Positions 1 to 12,600 of a DNA stretch of 64,000 nucleotides are shown one piece after another (position 1 is the first letter of the stretch; each line of letters starts with the position of its first letter). The notes beneath the pieces are model-generated. The model made no database searches, was not told where the DNA came from, and worked only from the letters and a program-made list of their open reading frames with translations. Where the stretch lies: NCBI GenBank assembly GCA_051294375.1, contig CM119266.1, positions 18,470,087 to 18,534,086 on the forward strand, written 5' to 3'. The position numbers and the translations under genes are program-made. This DNA comes from Paraspadella gotoi (lineage: Eukaryota > Animalia > Chaetognatha).

Positions 1-121
1 TGGAGATGAAGGTCGTGTTGAAGGCGTCGTCCGAAAAGCGGAACAGGATGCAGGTCTTCCCGACGCCCGAGTCTCCGATGAGCAAGAGTTTGAAGAGAAG
101 GTCGTACGTTTTCTTCGCCAT
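1..121 (-). CDS. Rab10: Rab10 GTPase, 5' part of first coding exon (truncated by window edge)
   Basis: Reverse strand from ATG at 121 reads [40 protein letters not shown], the Rab10 N-terminus with an intact P-loop (GDSGVGKT). Confidence 0.9.
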   Translation of the reverse strand, partial: MAKKTYDLLFKLLLIGDSGVGKTCILFRFSDDAFNTTFIS

Positions 122-317
122 AGTTTTTTTTTTTAAGTTTGATTTTCAATTAGAGATTTTCAATCGGCGTCTCCGCTTAACTAGTAAATAATCTTAGCCG
201 CTTTTTAATTCTAATAAATTACAATAAAATAAATTAACTTTTTAAAATTTTTTTTATTAATTCGCAACAGAAAGACGTTTCCATTAGGAATGGATGGTAA
301 GGTATTTTCTCTACCCC

Positions 318-1292
318 TCAGTAAAAAACCAAATACTCCGGGTAGGCTTGGGAGTTTTCGAAGATAATGATCATGTTCTTATTACTACCGGAGCAAGAGT
401 TGTGGAGACCTTTGAGCTTGTCTCCAGGATCGATTGGAGGGGGGCGCTTCATGCCAGTATATCCACGACAGCTCAGCCCGGCGACGACGCGTGCATCGGG
501 TCTGGAATATATGTATATATTTTTAAAATATTAGGAAAAATAATTGTCATATAAACACAACGCAGGAGGAACGGACCTTGGTGATAGGGCTCGGACCCAA
601 ACTGGAATACGCTTGGGAGTAACGAGAGTGATCGGAAAAGTAGACGCTTTCGCCAAAGGCGCGAGCCCGACGACAGACGCGGAGATCGAATCCCTCCTGA
701 ACGATACTGATGACGGCGTCGTGGTTAGTCCCGTGCCACATCATCCGTTCGCCGAGTTGAGCCACGCCCACTTGATTCTCCATGAATTTCCGCTGATAGA
801 AGAACTTTTTCCACAGCGCGTGATTTTTCACGCGTTTGACGGCGAGAATTCGGGTATTGTTCTTCCAATGCAGCATTAGTTTGGCGAATTAGGGGGAAGA
901 TGGGTCCACGTCGATGAGGGCGAATGTTGGAACGACTCTGCTGACGCCGGCACCGCTACCTTCGCTGTTGCTACCTCCTTTTTTTGCAGACTAATGAAGT
1001 AAAAAGAACAGAGGACTTAGCAAATGGTTAAGGCCCATTATTATGATTAGCCTATCATTAATATTTCAATAAACCTAAAATTATCCAAATCAATCAATTG
1101 GTCCTAACTTACCGGTTTAAAAATTCCGACCTCTCTCTTCAAGAAACCAGGTCGCTGCTGATCAGCTGACGTCGCCGTCGTCGTCGTCCAAGTATCGGGA
1201 TAAACGACTTCGTCTTTTCCGATTTCGTCGCTCTTCTCATCTTTCCCCCTTTTGATTTCGAGGAAAAGTTTTTTGCCGTCGTCCTCACTCAT
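318..1292 (-). pseudogene. PARP catalytic-domain (mono-ADP-ribosyltransferase-like) gene, disrupted
   Basis: Exons ~1292-1113, 990-577, 501-318 with GT-AG introns. Motifs ERMMWHGT, GFD, FGESVYFSDHSRYSQAYS, ARVVAG and MIIIFENSQAYPEYLVFY*. In-frame TAA at 891-889 (DPSSP*F) and a frame mismatch at the start of exon 3 (KTRC/ARVVAG). Confidence 0.8.
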
Positions 1293-1584
1293 CGTTGCTT
1301 TTAAATTTTTACTAATATATGAACTATACCTCAAGAATAAAAGCAAGCCGAATAAATAATAGTAAGCGTGAAATAAGGAATGTACATTTTGTATAATTAC
1401 AAGGAAAATTAGATAAAAAAATATCAGTTACAAATTCAAATTATTTATCAAATAAATATTTTGATACGGGTAAATCCAATCGGTTGAAATATTTATTTAT
1501 TTTTAAAAACATTTTCCCTCTTTTTGTCCAGTATTCGAGTCGAGATTAACAGTTTCTGATTTTAAAAAGGCGAAATAATTAGGG

Positions 1585-2293
1585 TCAGACAGAGTGGGCC
1601 ATTGACAATGCTAGTAACTCACTTTCTGACACTGTTTTTTCAGATTCCTGGTCAAGGATCCTTTCGGCCATCTCCATAAAGGCGCGATCAATATTTATAT
1701 TTTTATTAGAACTCGTTTCTGTTAAAAAGTTAAAAACTCAGAAATACATTTTTTTCGCGTTAAAAAACTTAAAAATCACCCAAAAAGTGAAGGTTGTTGT
1801 CTTTGGCAAAAACTTCCCCCATTTCTTTGGTCACCATGCGATATGATTCCTTATCGCAATTGTTGCCCAGCAGAACCTTCTCTACTTCCGTGTCCGTATG
1901 AGTGTTAACATCATCGAGCCACCATGAAATCACCTCAAATGTTTTTGTTTGGGTAATGTCATAAACGAAGAAAAAACCTTTAGCGCCTGATGTGTAAAAA
2001 CGAGTAAAAACTAGTACTATGTGCGTATTAGATTAAGGGTCAGTATTTGAAGAGAACTTTGTACCCCGATAGTAGGATTTAGCTATTGTATGAATGCGTT
2101 CTCCACCGACAATATTCCATATCTGCAGTTTGACCGACTTGCCGCGCAGTTCCACAGTTTTCGTCAAAAAATCCACGCCAGTGATTAGAGTGCAGGGATT
2201 ATTTGTGAAGCGCATTGTGATATCGCTTTTGCCGCTTCTTGGATCCCCAAGCATGATCAATTTGAACAGATAGTCGTAAGACTTTTGAGCCAT
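1585..2293 (-). CDS. Divergent Rab8/Rab10-like small GTPase (degenerate G motifs)
   Basis: Three exons 2293-2065, 1986-1780, 1718-1585 joined in phase by GT-AG introns: MAQKSYDYLFKLIMLGDPRSGKS...LQIWNIVGGE...YYRGAKGFFFVYDIT...LLGNNCD...FLETSSNKNINIDRAFMEMAERILD. No stops or frameshifts. Confidence 0.82.
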
Positions 2294-2364
2294 TGCTGTA
2301 AAATGGAGCTTGATCGGCTGTCAACTTCTTTTTGAACACGTTACGGTGGACTAAAATCTACCAT

Positions 2365-2515
2365 CAGTGGCCATTGGGGCAGGAGGCAAGTCATTCGCCT
2401 CCCAACCCAAAGTTCCGGGGTTCTCGCCCGGTGGTCGCCTCGCAGTTAAGAGGGACAGGGGCGCTTAACCCGCCTGTAACACGGCGTTACAGCCTGATCC
2501 GAAGCACAGTGACTG
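2365..2515 (+). mobile_element. Possible tRNA-related SINE/LTR fragment
   Basis: GC-rich island with ccattggggcag...agttccggggttc, resembling the A/B-box segment of the solo LTRs at 9356 and 20572. Termini not resolved. Confidence 0.3.
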
Positions 2516-3698
2516 CTTATATTGAACGGTTCTCACTTACTTATAACAATTATTACTGTCTCTTCAACGTATTGTAAAACAGCGCTACTTGAAACATACA
2601 ACTCTATATGTTTACACTGACAAATATATACATCAGTGTGGTCTTCGACAATTTTAAAATTTATTGAGCGACCGTAATTTTCGAGAAGGTTATAATGTTA
2701 TATTAGGTATTAAATAAGAATGTAAGAATCGCGTGCCCGAGATGATTTTCAGCGTAAGCCGCTTTTCTCTTTTCAACGATGACGCCAATTGGAGAATCCA
2801 ATAAGCGCCTTTCCTTTAGTCCGAACCACAACTGCGTTCCCTCCTTCCACCCGGCTGTCTAAATCTCAGGGAGCGACGGTGGCGCTCGGTGTCGTTTTTC
2901 CCCTCGACCATCGTCTGTTACGGAGAATTTATCTTTCAAAGTAGCGCCGCTATTGACGTCGTCGTGATTTCATGTGAAAATCGACGTCGATAGAGTCAAC
3001 GAATAGCAGACAAAAACCTTTGCTTTATCTGTCATTGCGTGATATCTTAAAAAACATGGCGAATCTCCAGCCAATCAAAAAAAAGGTTAGAAATTTTTAT
3101 CTAATGAAAATGCAGATAACTCATCTTCCCCCCCATTGTGGCTCGACCAATGAACGTCCGTCGTCAATCTCGGTTGCCACGCCCATTAATTGGCCGCAGA
3201 ATACTTTCCGACGCCGTCGGAACCTAATTTTCTCTTTGAATTGTGCTGGAAAATCCGTCCGGCTGAGACGACTTGAACCGCAAACCAGGATTCTCAGCTT
3301 TCGTGGAATTTTCATCGGTCTAATCCTCGGGATTACACATTCGTAGTCGAAGTAATTAAACTCTGTTTTTGTGGATCTTCTAGTGCCGATTTGAAGGGCC
3401 GGGAGTAGCGGTTCTTTTCCTATAATACTGTGTGCTTTGAGCAACGAAATTTTAATTTTCTGTAAATTAATGACCAGTACGTTTTGTTAATTTTCCCTAG
3501 AAAGCAGAGTTAAAACATGAGTTCGGTTAATTGATCTACGACGTCTCGCGAGGGAAATTGGACGCAACGGAAAAAATGCGCGCAAGGACGGATTTATCTT
3601 AGGGAGCAGGGGACTAGTTACGGCGCCCAAGTAGAATTCCTACGAAGCTTAAAATATAAATACTCATTATCCGCCTAGTTGTCATCGCCGTACTCGTC

Positions 3699-6600
3699 AT
3701 GGAGCTCCCCCGTTTCTCCGAAATTCGTGACGGTCAAATATGGTGCCTCATCTGTCAAGTCAAGACGGAATCGCAGGTCATAAAATTATTGGGCGACCTA
3801 GCTGAAGCTGATTTTAAAAATAAAGAATCTTTAAAATTTTTTTAGCTTTCTTATCTAAAAATAAATATTAAAAAATTAATAATAATAATTTTTTTTTTAT
3901 ATTTAGATCATAAGTGTGTGAAAAATAAGAAAAACTGTTAAAAATCATCATCATCATTATCTTTCTATACTTTTGTCAGTTTTTCTTAGTTTTAACCAAG
4001 AAAACGTAAGAATTTTTAAATTTGTAATCATATTTTTTTTTATTTAACTTTTTGTGCTCTATCAGAGTCCATCAAAATAATTTAAAATTGATTAAAAATT
4101 TTTTTATTATCATATAGTAATATGAAAGTTGCAAACTTACTCGTTTCACTATCTTTATTTTTTAGATTTAAAATAACTAATATTTATCCTTTTATTTATT
4201 TGTTAAATCTTTTTGGGTTAAATATTTAAATATATTATTATTTATCTGTTTGTCTGTTTATCAACACAAGGTTAGATTACTTTCTGTTCCAGTTGAGATG
4301 ACCATTTCCATTGAGATAACCATTTCTAAGTTATTTATAAAGACGTCTTATAATAAGTTATATAATTTTTTTTTTTCAAAATTTATGACTAAATATTTGG
4401 TGAAGACGACTTAATGAACTTTGCACTTTACACCACATTAAATATTTTTATCATAGTGTATGCCTAATTCAGATATATTTTTTTAATATTTTTTATTGTA
4501 AAGGTAAGTTAGGGTTAAGGGTAAGTTAAGGTTAAGTGTAAGTAACTTGGTAATAATATATTAAAAAACCCCGACACTGGCTATTGGCTAATCAATAATT
4601 TTATCGCGTGTTCATTATGAAAAAGAGAAAAGTTAATACAAAATAATATCAACGATGATTAATGATAATTATTCATAAAAAAGAGATAGTTTTGATTAAA
4701 TCACAAACGAAATAAGTTCGTTTTGAAGAAACCCCTCCAGAACATAAGGGGAGGGGTAGACTTAAGAAGATGTAGAGCCGCAAAGGAACTGAAGACCCCG
4801 AGAACAATGGCGCCGCAAAAGTTTATTTTAAGCGCTTATTCGTGAAAGTCACGGGATGCCCCGTTTTAATTATTTAGTACCTTAATAAAATAATCAAAGC
4901 ATATAGATATTCATAAAATACGATCAATGAAATACTAACTAATAATCAAATGATTAATCAAAGAATCAATATTAATAAAATAAATCCAAGAAGAATCCAC
5001 TAATCGTCCACAAACGTTTATTATTTTGGAGGAGTCAAACGTTCAGATATCTCCGTTATAAAAGAGCATCCGAGTTGTAGATGATCGTCCGTACTTTAGT
5101 TTCCATTCAAAACATTTCGCAAAAGTTTAACTTTGTCCAACCATTGCAACCTCGGTGGCGTAAGAGCGAGCATTCTTTCTTCCCACCAAGCGGCTTTGGA
5201 CGTCTAAACCACCTGTAATAGCGTACTACAGTCAGAAGCTAGCAAATAACAGGCGGTAATTTATCCTATCTGTGCGGCACTAATTAATGTTAGAATTGAG
5301 GACACTTTGTTGTAGTGAACCAACAAGATAATGAGTTTTATTTAAAGTTTAAAACGTTACTTTCCTCCGTCTAGGCGGTCTTCGACGCTCACCGCCGATC
5401 CAAGCAGCATCTCCGCAGTTTCACTATGCGACAGATCGCGCAGAAATCCTCTTACGGTTGCGTCGCCTGCGCCGTCGAATTGTCCTCTCTCAATCTCTTC
5501 GAGACGCACATTAGGTGAATTAATGTCCCGAGTTCTGCTCTTCCTTTGTCTCAATTTTTTGAAAGAACCCCCTCCTCGATCCGGGGGGGGCGGAAGAAGA
5601 CAAAGTTTCTTATCCACTTGTTGATATTTATTGGTACTTTAATAAGATAAAGCATACAATACATACAATACAATCAATGAAATACTACTACGGTAAGAGC
5701 ATCTGAAATGATCGTCGGGACTTTACATTTGTTTTCGTTTTGCTCAGAACGAATAGGCATCGAGAACAAGTGACGAGCAAAACGCAACCTCCGTCTTTGT
5801 CCAACGTCAAGAGCGACATCGTCTATCATTGCGGCCTTTGTAAAGTAAGTGGCGCTGTCAGCTGCTAAAAACGTCTTTAATTGAACCGACTTCTCTCTCT
5901 CATCTTTTTCAGTTCGACCTCCACTCCTCGGAAGAGTTCGAACTTCATCAGTACAGCGCCCTCCACCGGAGCAAAGAGCAGTCGCTTGCTCAAGGGAGTC
6001 GTCGCGGCGTCAAAGCGTCGACGCCCTCCGGTAGTGACGCGTCGGGCGATGGGCGCGGCCGTCAATCAAAAATCAAAGACGAATATAAAATCAGTGCGCG
6101 TCTAAATCAATAAGACATCTGAAAATTCTCCGATGATTTTAAAACGAATTTTCTAATCTAGAATTTCTCTTCCTCCAGCCTCGACTCCTCCCTCCTCCAC
6201 GACCCCATTGACGTCTTCGCTTAAGCCCCCCGCGCCCGAAGTCTCCCGCGATTTGTCCGTCTTTGTCGCTGGATTCGACGAAGCCTTCCTCGAAACCACG
6301 GCGGAAATGAAGGCTTTTCTTGAGCCTTTTTACGTCCCCTCTTCCTCGGCGCCGCAGCAGCAGCGAAAACGTTGCCGAAAATGCAGCGCCTTCCTACCGC
6401 CCGGGGCCAAGGTCTGGCGCCATGTTTTCGAGGAGCACCTTCGCGTGCGCCCATTTTTCTGTGCGTGTGGCGCACGTTTCGCGTGCGGTGACGACCTACG
6501 CGCGCACGTGAGGATGGCGCGGCACGAGATGGACGAGGAGGCAAACGCGCAAGAGGAGCTTCGGGTGTTGAGGGCAGTCTTCTCCAAGAAGGGTGGGGAA

Positions 6601-9600
6601 GGCGATGGAGGCGGCGAAGGCGAACAGTCGCGGCGGGAGAAGCAGCGTCGCAGGGAGAAACTGGCGTCGTCGTCGTTGTCGGAAACAAGACTTTCGGCGG
6701 AACGAGAGTCGAAGGCGCAAATTGCGAATCTCAGTGAGTCAAGATTTTATTATTTTAACAATTATTATATACTAATTTTAACAATTTAATATATACGGAA
6801 GGCTTCATATTATAAAATGTGGTACTATGGCAACAGCCGGGTTGCCTGTGATGCCCATTGGGATGGGGCATCTCACTGTTGGCTTTGGGGGCTTCCGACC
6901 CTCAGTGACGCCTCCAGTCACTGGCGCGTTACCCTTGGAAGTCGTTAGGACTGTGGATGGAACACTATGCCTGGGATGGTGTGTTCTCCCTCTGAGCCAA
7001 TGGATTTGGCTGTCGGATGGTAGACGTGAGGCGGTGTGAATATACCGCCACAGGCTCCCCGGGCCAAGACATCACTCAGGTTCCTCAAGCCTGAGAGGTG
7101 TCTGACAAGACTGTTACCATAGTGGGAGAGAGAGAGAGAGCGCAAGTTGTGGGGGTATAGGCCTTTGTCGTAGCATACCCGAAGTCGGCAGGGCATAGGC
7201 GTTTGTCGTAGCGTACCCTGAGAAGGTTGCGTGTTCGATAGTAGGGCTCACCACTTATGGCAACAGCCGGGTTGCCTGTGATGCCCATTGGGATGGGGCA
7301 TCTCACTGTTGGCTTTGGGGGCTTCCGACCCTCAGTGACGCCTCCAGTCACTGGCGCGGTTACCCTGGGACAGTCTCGCTTTTCCAACGCAGAGGGAAGT
7401 CGTTAGGACTGTGGATGGAACACTACGCCTGGGATGGTGTGTTCCCCCTCTGAGCCAATGGATTTGGCTGTAGGATGGTGGACGTGAGGCGGTGTGAATA
7501 TACCGCCACAGTACCCCTTTTTTGTGACCAGAATCTGTTCCCACCAAACTACCTGATCGAATTTAATGAAATTTTACATTTAGAGTGCTAATGGAAATAT
7601 CGAGGCGAATTTTGATATTCAACCCCTGACAAGAGATACAGGGCCCTGGGGGTGGACCCCTGGGGGCCAAAAAATACTAAAAATTTTTTTCCCATTTTTC
7701 AAAATTTTTTAGTAGCATCAGGTGCATTGACGTTTTAAACATAAGAAAAAAAACATTTTAGAACTAAAATTGATAAATTTGCAATAATGAAGCATGGTTG
7801 AAGATGCATGGTTCATCGTTTTACTTCCAATTTTCCCAAATTATTCCAAATCTGACTTTAACTGCTGATGTTTATGAAGCTAAAAATTTAGGTAAATGAA
7901 TATTTTTGAGGTAATAAATACGTTTTTGTGGAAGAGTAAACATCTGTGCAACTGTTCAAAACAAAAATAATTGACCATTTTTTGCTGCCATGGGTGACCC
8001 CCGGGGGATCAGCAGTCAAATATTGAAATTCGCCTCGATAGTTTTATTAGTATTCACATAGGGATCGTTCATTCCAAATTTCAATAAATTTGGTCCAGTA
8101 GTTGTCTCGGAACGAGTTCTGGTCACAAAAAAGGGGTACCTCATTTTATAATATGAAGCCTTCTGTAATTGTAAAATTTTCATGTTAATTACTGTAGACA
8201 TATACTTTAAAATATAAAAATATTCTGCCAATAAACTTTTCTTCGACGCTTTATTATTTTCCCTCCTCATCTCCCTCAGGCGTGACGGATTCTCCCACCG
8301 TCGAACCTGGACTACGCTCTTTCCTCATGTCCAAATTTCCTTCTTCGCCCAAATGCCTGGAGAAGCACTCTTCCTCCGCCGTAGACCTCAAGAGTCTCCT
8401 CAGTCCTTACTTCTCCAAGTTCATCGCCCTCAACCGGAGATCGATGATGCTCGAGTGCGGGAGATGCGAACAGGTCGCCCCCAATTTTTGGGAACACGTC
8501 TACCTCATGCATTTAAAGGTGAATAACATTGAGATACTACATAGTATACTTAAGGGAGTTGTCTTTTATACAATTAAAACAGTTCATATGAACATTAAAC
8601 CACTTTATAAACCACTGAATAAACTAGACTGTGAGAGAGTATACAGGGCCAGTCTGTTATTATCTTATAAGATTGATGGAGCTTAAGTCGGGGGATTATT
8701 ATTTAAAAGAATGGATAATTTTTATATTGGTTCTACCAATTTCATACAGTATTTTCCAAACTCCAATTTCGAATATTATTACTGTCACAGGTTCTCCCAT
8801 TCAAATGCTCCGATTGTGGTCACCACGAGTTGACTCTTCCGCGGATGGAGCGCCACTGCCATTCCATGCAGCATCGACAGGAGCGGGGGTTCGAGGCACG
8901 GTTGCTGCAGGCGGCGCTGGAGTCAGTTTGGCCTTCGTCGCAGAGTGAGTCGATTTGTCATGGTTTTAATTCCGGCCTGCAGTCTCTAAGTTTGCATGGC
9001 TTTACCGGCATTTGTTTATATAATTGTCCTTTTTCAAATTTTTTTCCTCTTTAAATTTGAAGTAACTTTTTCTATTTTTAGAATCCGTTAATCTCGCCTC
9101 GGCATCGCCCTCCTCACTCACCTCCAACTCTTCACTTTCCTCAGGTGAGTGTCGAATGTCAATGTGGTTGTACGCTGTTCTCTGCCAGAATTTATAGTTA
9201 ATAATGATCCCTACCTCAGGCTACAGTTCTGGTTGGTCCAGCGCTGATGGAGACGCAGTCGGTGTAGTCTCTTCTAGTGGCGCAGTCAAGACGAGCAGAA
9301 GGTAACTAAACTGACCCTACTATGTGAATGAGAAATTTGCAGTAATATTTACTCCTATGGCAATGGAGAGACATGTGTGATGCCCAGGGTGTGAGGCTTA
9401 TCTCGACATCTGGCGCTCAGGGCTTTGGACCTTCATTGACCAGTGACCACCCCATGTCACTGGCGTGTTTATGCCAACTCCATCACACTTAACCATCGTG
9501 AAAGGATTGAACCCGGAACTCACGGTTGGTGAAAGAGTACTTAGCAGTCCGAGCCAATGGGACTAGCTGAGTTTCACCAAGCTATACTGGAGAGGAATTT

Positions 9601-12600
9601 AGGATTCGCCTCACTCCCGTATTTGTTTTTTCTACGTCTTCAGATCTCCAAATCATCGTCCCGCTGACACCATCACTTCTCGTATTTCGGTTTCATCGAC
9701 AGCGCCGGAACCATTGGCGCGGTCGGCTTCCACGACGCCGCCACGCGCGGTTCCGTCAACGCCACCTCAGCAGGTGGCGACTGTTTCGTGTCCTCCCGGC
9801 TCATCTCAGCCGGTCGAGTTTAACGTTCCAACTGTCAGCGATGATTTGAGGTTAGAGGAGTTTTGTTTGGATTCTATCGTTCAATAAGAATTCTTTCCCA
9901 ATTAGATAGCAAAGATAACAACAAGACCTTCTCCATGACGTTCAGTTAAAACTAAAAACTCTACATTAATCTTTCCCTCTCTTTGACTATTAAGGATGTT
10001 CGTCATCAGTCAACTCGCTCCTCGCACGATTTCTTTCAACGAAATGAAGCGTCGATTGGAACAATTCTATCAGGGATTCATCACTAAATTTATTCCTTTG
10101 AGCGAAAGTCAATGCGGCGGGGATTCATCCACCCCCGCCGCCGACGCAAAATCCATGAAGTTCTGTACGAAATGTCATCGATCATTCGACGCTGGTCAGT
10201 AAAAGTCGATGTTTCTTAACATCATGTTTAAAACGTAATAACATTTAACTATGTATTAAACTACCCGTAATAGCGCACTGGGCTAATGCTTCATCTCCGA
10301 ACCCAATGGTCACGGGTTCTAGCCCTGTTCAGAACAGTCCGTGTAAAAAGAGTGACGGGCCGGTTAAACCACCGGTAGCCAGCCTACCTCCGGATCCGAA
10401 GTTCCGGAAAGCAAGGCAACTGACGGAAAAATCTCCCACACCCCCTGGGCACACTAAGTGTGGGGGCTATCCACACTCACAGAGAGGCATGGCGACCCTC
10501 TCTTCTCTCGGTCACTTCAAAACAATATTTTTTTACCCACAGTCCACCTCTGGAATCACGTCTACGAATTCCACCTCCGCTGCAAACCCTTTGCCTGCTC
10601 CGATTGCCCCGTGGCGCGTCTCTCCGAAGAGGAGTTGACAAAGCACTGCGGAGTCAAGGATCACGAACCCGATCCTCTCTCCGAGTTCAAGATGCTCAGA
10701 ATCGTCTTTTTCGGGAGGGAGATTAAACCCGCCGTAAAGGTTAGGGTCGGGATGGTTATTGTTTATATTGCAGTAATTTTTAAAGAATATCTGCAAAATT
10801 CCTCGTTCGCAATAACAATAACATTTTTTTTTGCCGTTCGTCTGTCCAGCCGGACACAACGCCGGAAATTCCGCCGGAAGTGATCTCGATCTCCGACGCG
10901 GAGTCGGCGACATCTAGTCCCGTCAAAATCATCGAAAATCCTGTCGATGCGAATTTCCAGTCTCTTTCGCCGACGAAGGATTCGAAGCCCAAACGTAATT
11001 AGTAGTAGATGGTGGATTTGAGATGTGAGAGAGGTTGACAGATACACAGAGAGAGAGGAACAGAGAGATAGAGGGACAGAGATAGTGACAGAGAGAGAGA
11101 GAAAGTCAGAAAGTGAGATAGAGGGACTGAGCGAGAAAGATAGAGAAACTAAGAGAGGATGTGGGAGTTAGGAATATGAGAGAAAGTGTGAAAAAGCGTG
11201 TCTGAGAAGATGGTAGGGAAGTGGGTAATAATGTGAAGGGGGGAAGTACATGTTGCTTAACAATATCAAATTGATCTTTGTGTTATGCCTCGCTAATCTC
11301 CTGTTAATTTTTTTTCCCAAGGTCCCCGAATAAGCCTCTTCAATCCTTCCAAGACCAACGTGAATTCCCCCGCCCTTGACTCCGCCGCCTCTCATTCCTC
11401 TGCCGCCGACGCCGCTTCCTCCAAGGGGGCAAAGAAGAAGGCGCGAAAGACGATGGCGAGTCGCCCGCCTTCGAGGACGGAATCCAACGACACCGCGGAT
11501 GTTGTGACATCGGTGGAATCGACGGCGCCGCCAATTGACGAATCATTCACGACTCCGGGCAAAACCCGGAAGAGGGCGGCGATGGGTGGCGTCTCGGGTG
11601 AGGAATCCAACGTTGCTTGCTCCAACGAATTGTGAGCTGGTGGTCATCGATCAATGGAAATCTTGATTTTGTTCAGTGATGCCGAAGAAAAAGAAGGTAG
11701 AACTAATTTCGGCCGACGCCTCGGACAACGAAGATTTCGTGGAGGACGGGAAGACGACGACGACGAACACGGATAAGGCGAAGAAGACGGCGAGGAAGAT
11801 GGCGCGAGGAAAGGCAAAAGAGGAAGAGGGAGTGGAAGAGGTGAGGACTGAGTTTTACTTAGTGTTTGGATTTATCGTCCCTTGTAATCTTCTTATCTCC
11901 GCGAAGATCAATTTGACAAATCGTTCCGAGGATCCCACCGTCAGCGTCGAACTCGCCGACTTCATGTCCACACAGACATTCGACGCCGACGCCTCCGTCA
12001 AGGAGTTGAAGCGGACGGTCAAGGTGAGTTATTTTTAAGTCCCTCAATCCTCACTTGTTTCTTATTATAAGGGTTTTTATTTGAATGCAACAAGGTTTAT
12101 TCAGTACAGAAAACAAATAAAACATACATACTTAAGTCTGCAAAATGCTTTTAAAAGAAGGGGGAGAGAGAGAAAATAATAATGATAATAAAGTAGTAAC
12201 AGTAAGCAATATTTAAAATTGTTTTCATGTCGTAAAAAAGGAAATCAAGCCCTTAAGAATGGAATTTTTTAAGGAATAAATCATAGAAATAAAATTCTTT
12301 CTACGATTGTTAAACATAGTTAACATTAGTTATTCCTTATTCCTTTTCTCTCCATTCTTCTACTCAGAATTACTACTTGTCTAAGTTCGTCCAACAAGAG
12401 GCCCGAGGATCTGAAGACTCTTGCCATTGCATGCTCTGCGATTCTATCTTCAAACGCACCCTTTTGCTGCACCATATCTACAGATACCATCTCAAAGTCA
12501 AACCTTTTTACTGCATGGGTGAGTTTTCTGGAAAGTGGGAAATGAAGTATACATTTATTTCCGACATTTTTAATCGCTTCGCCTTCTATCCCCATTTCCT

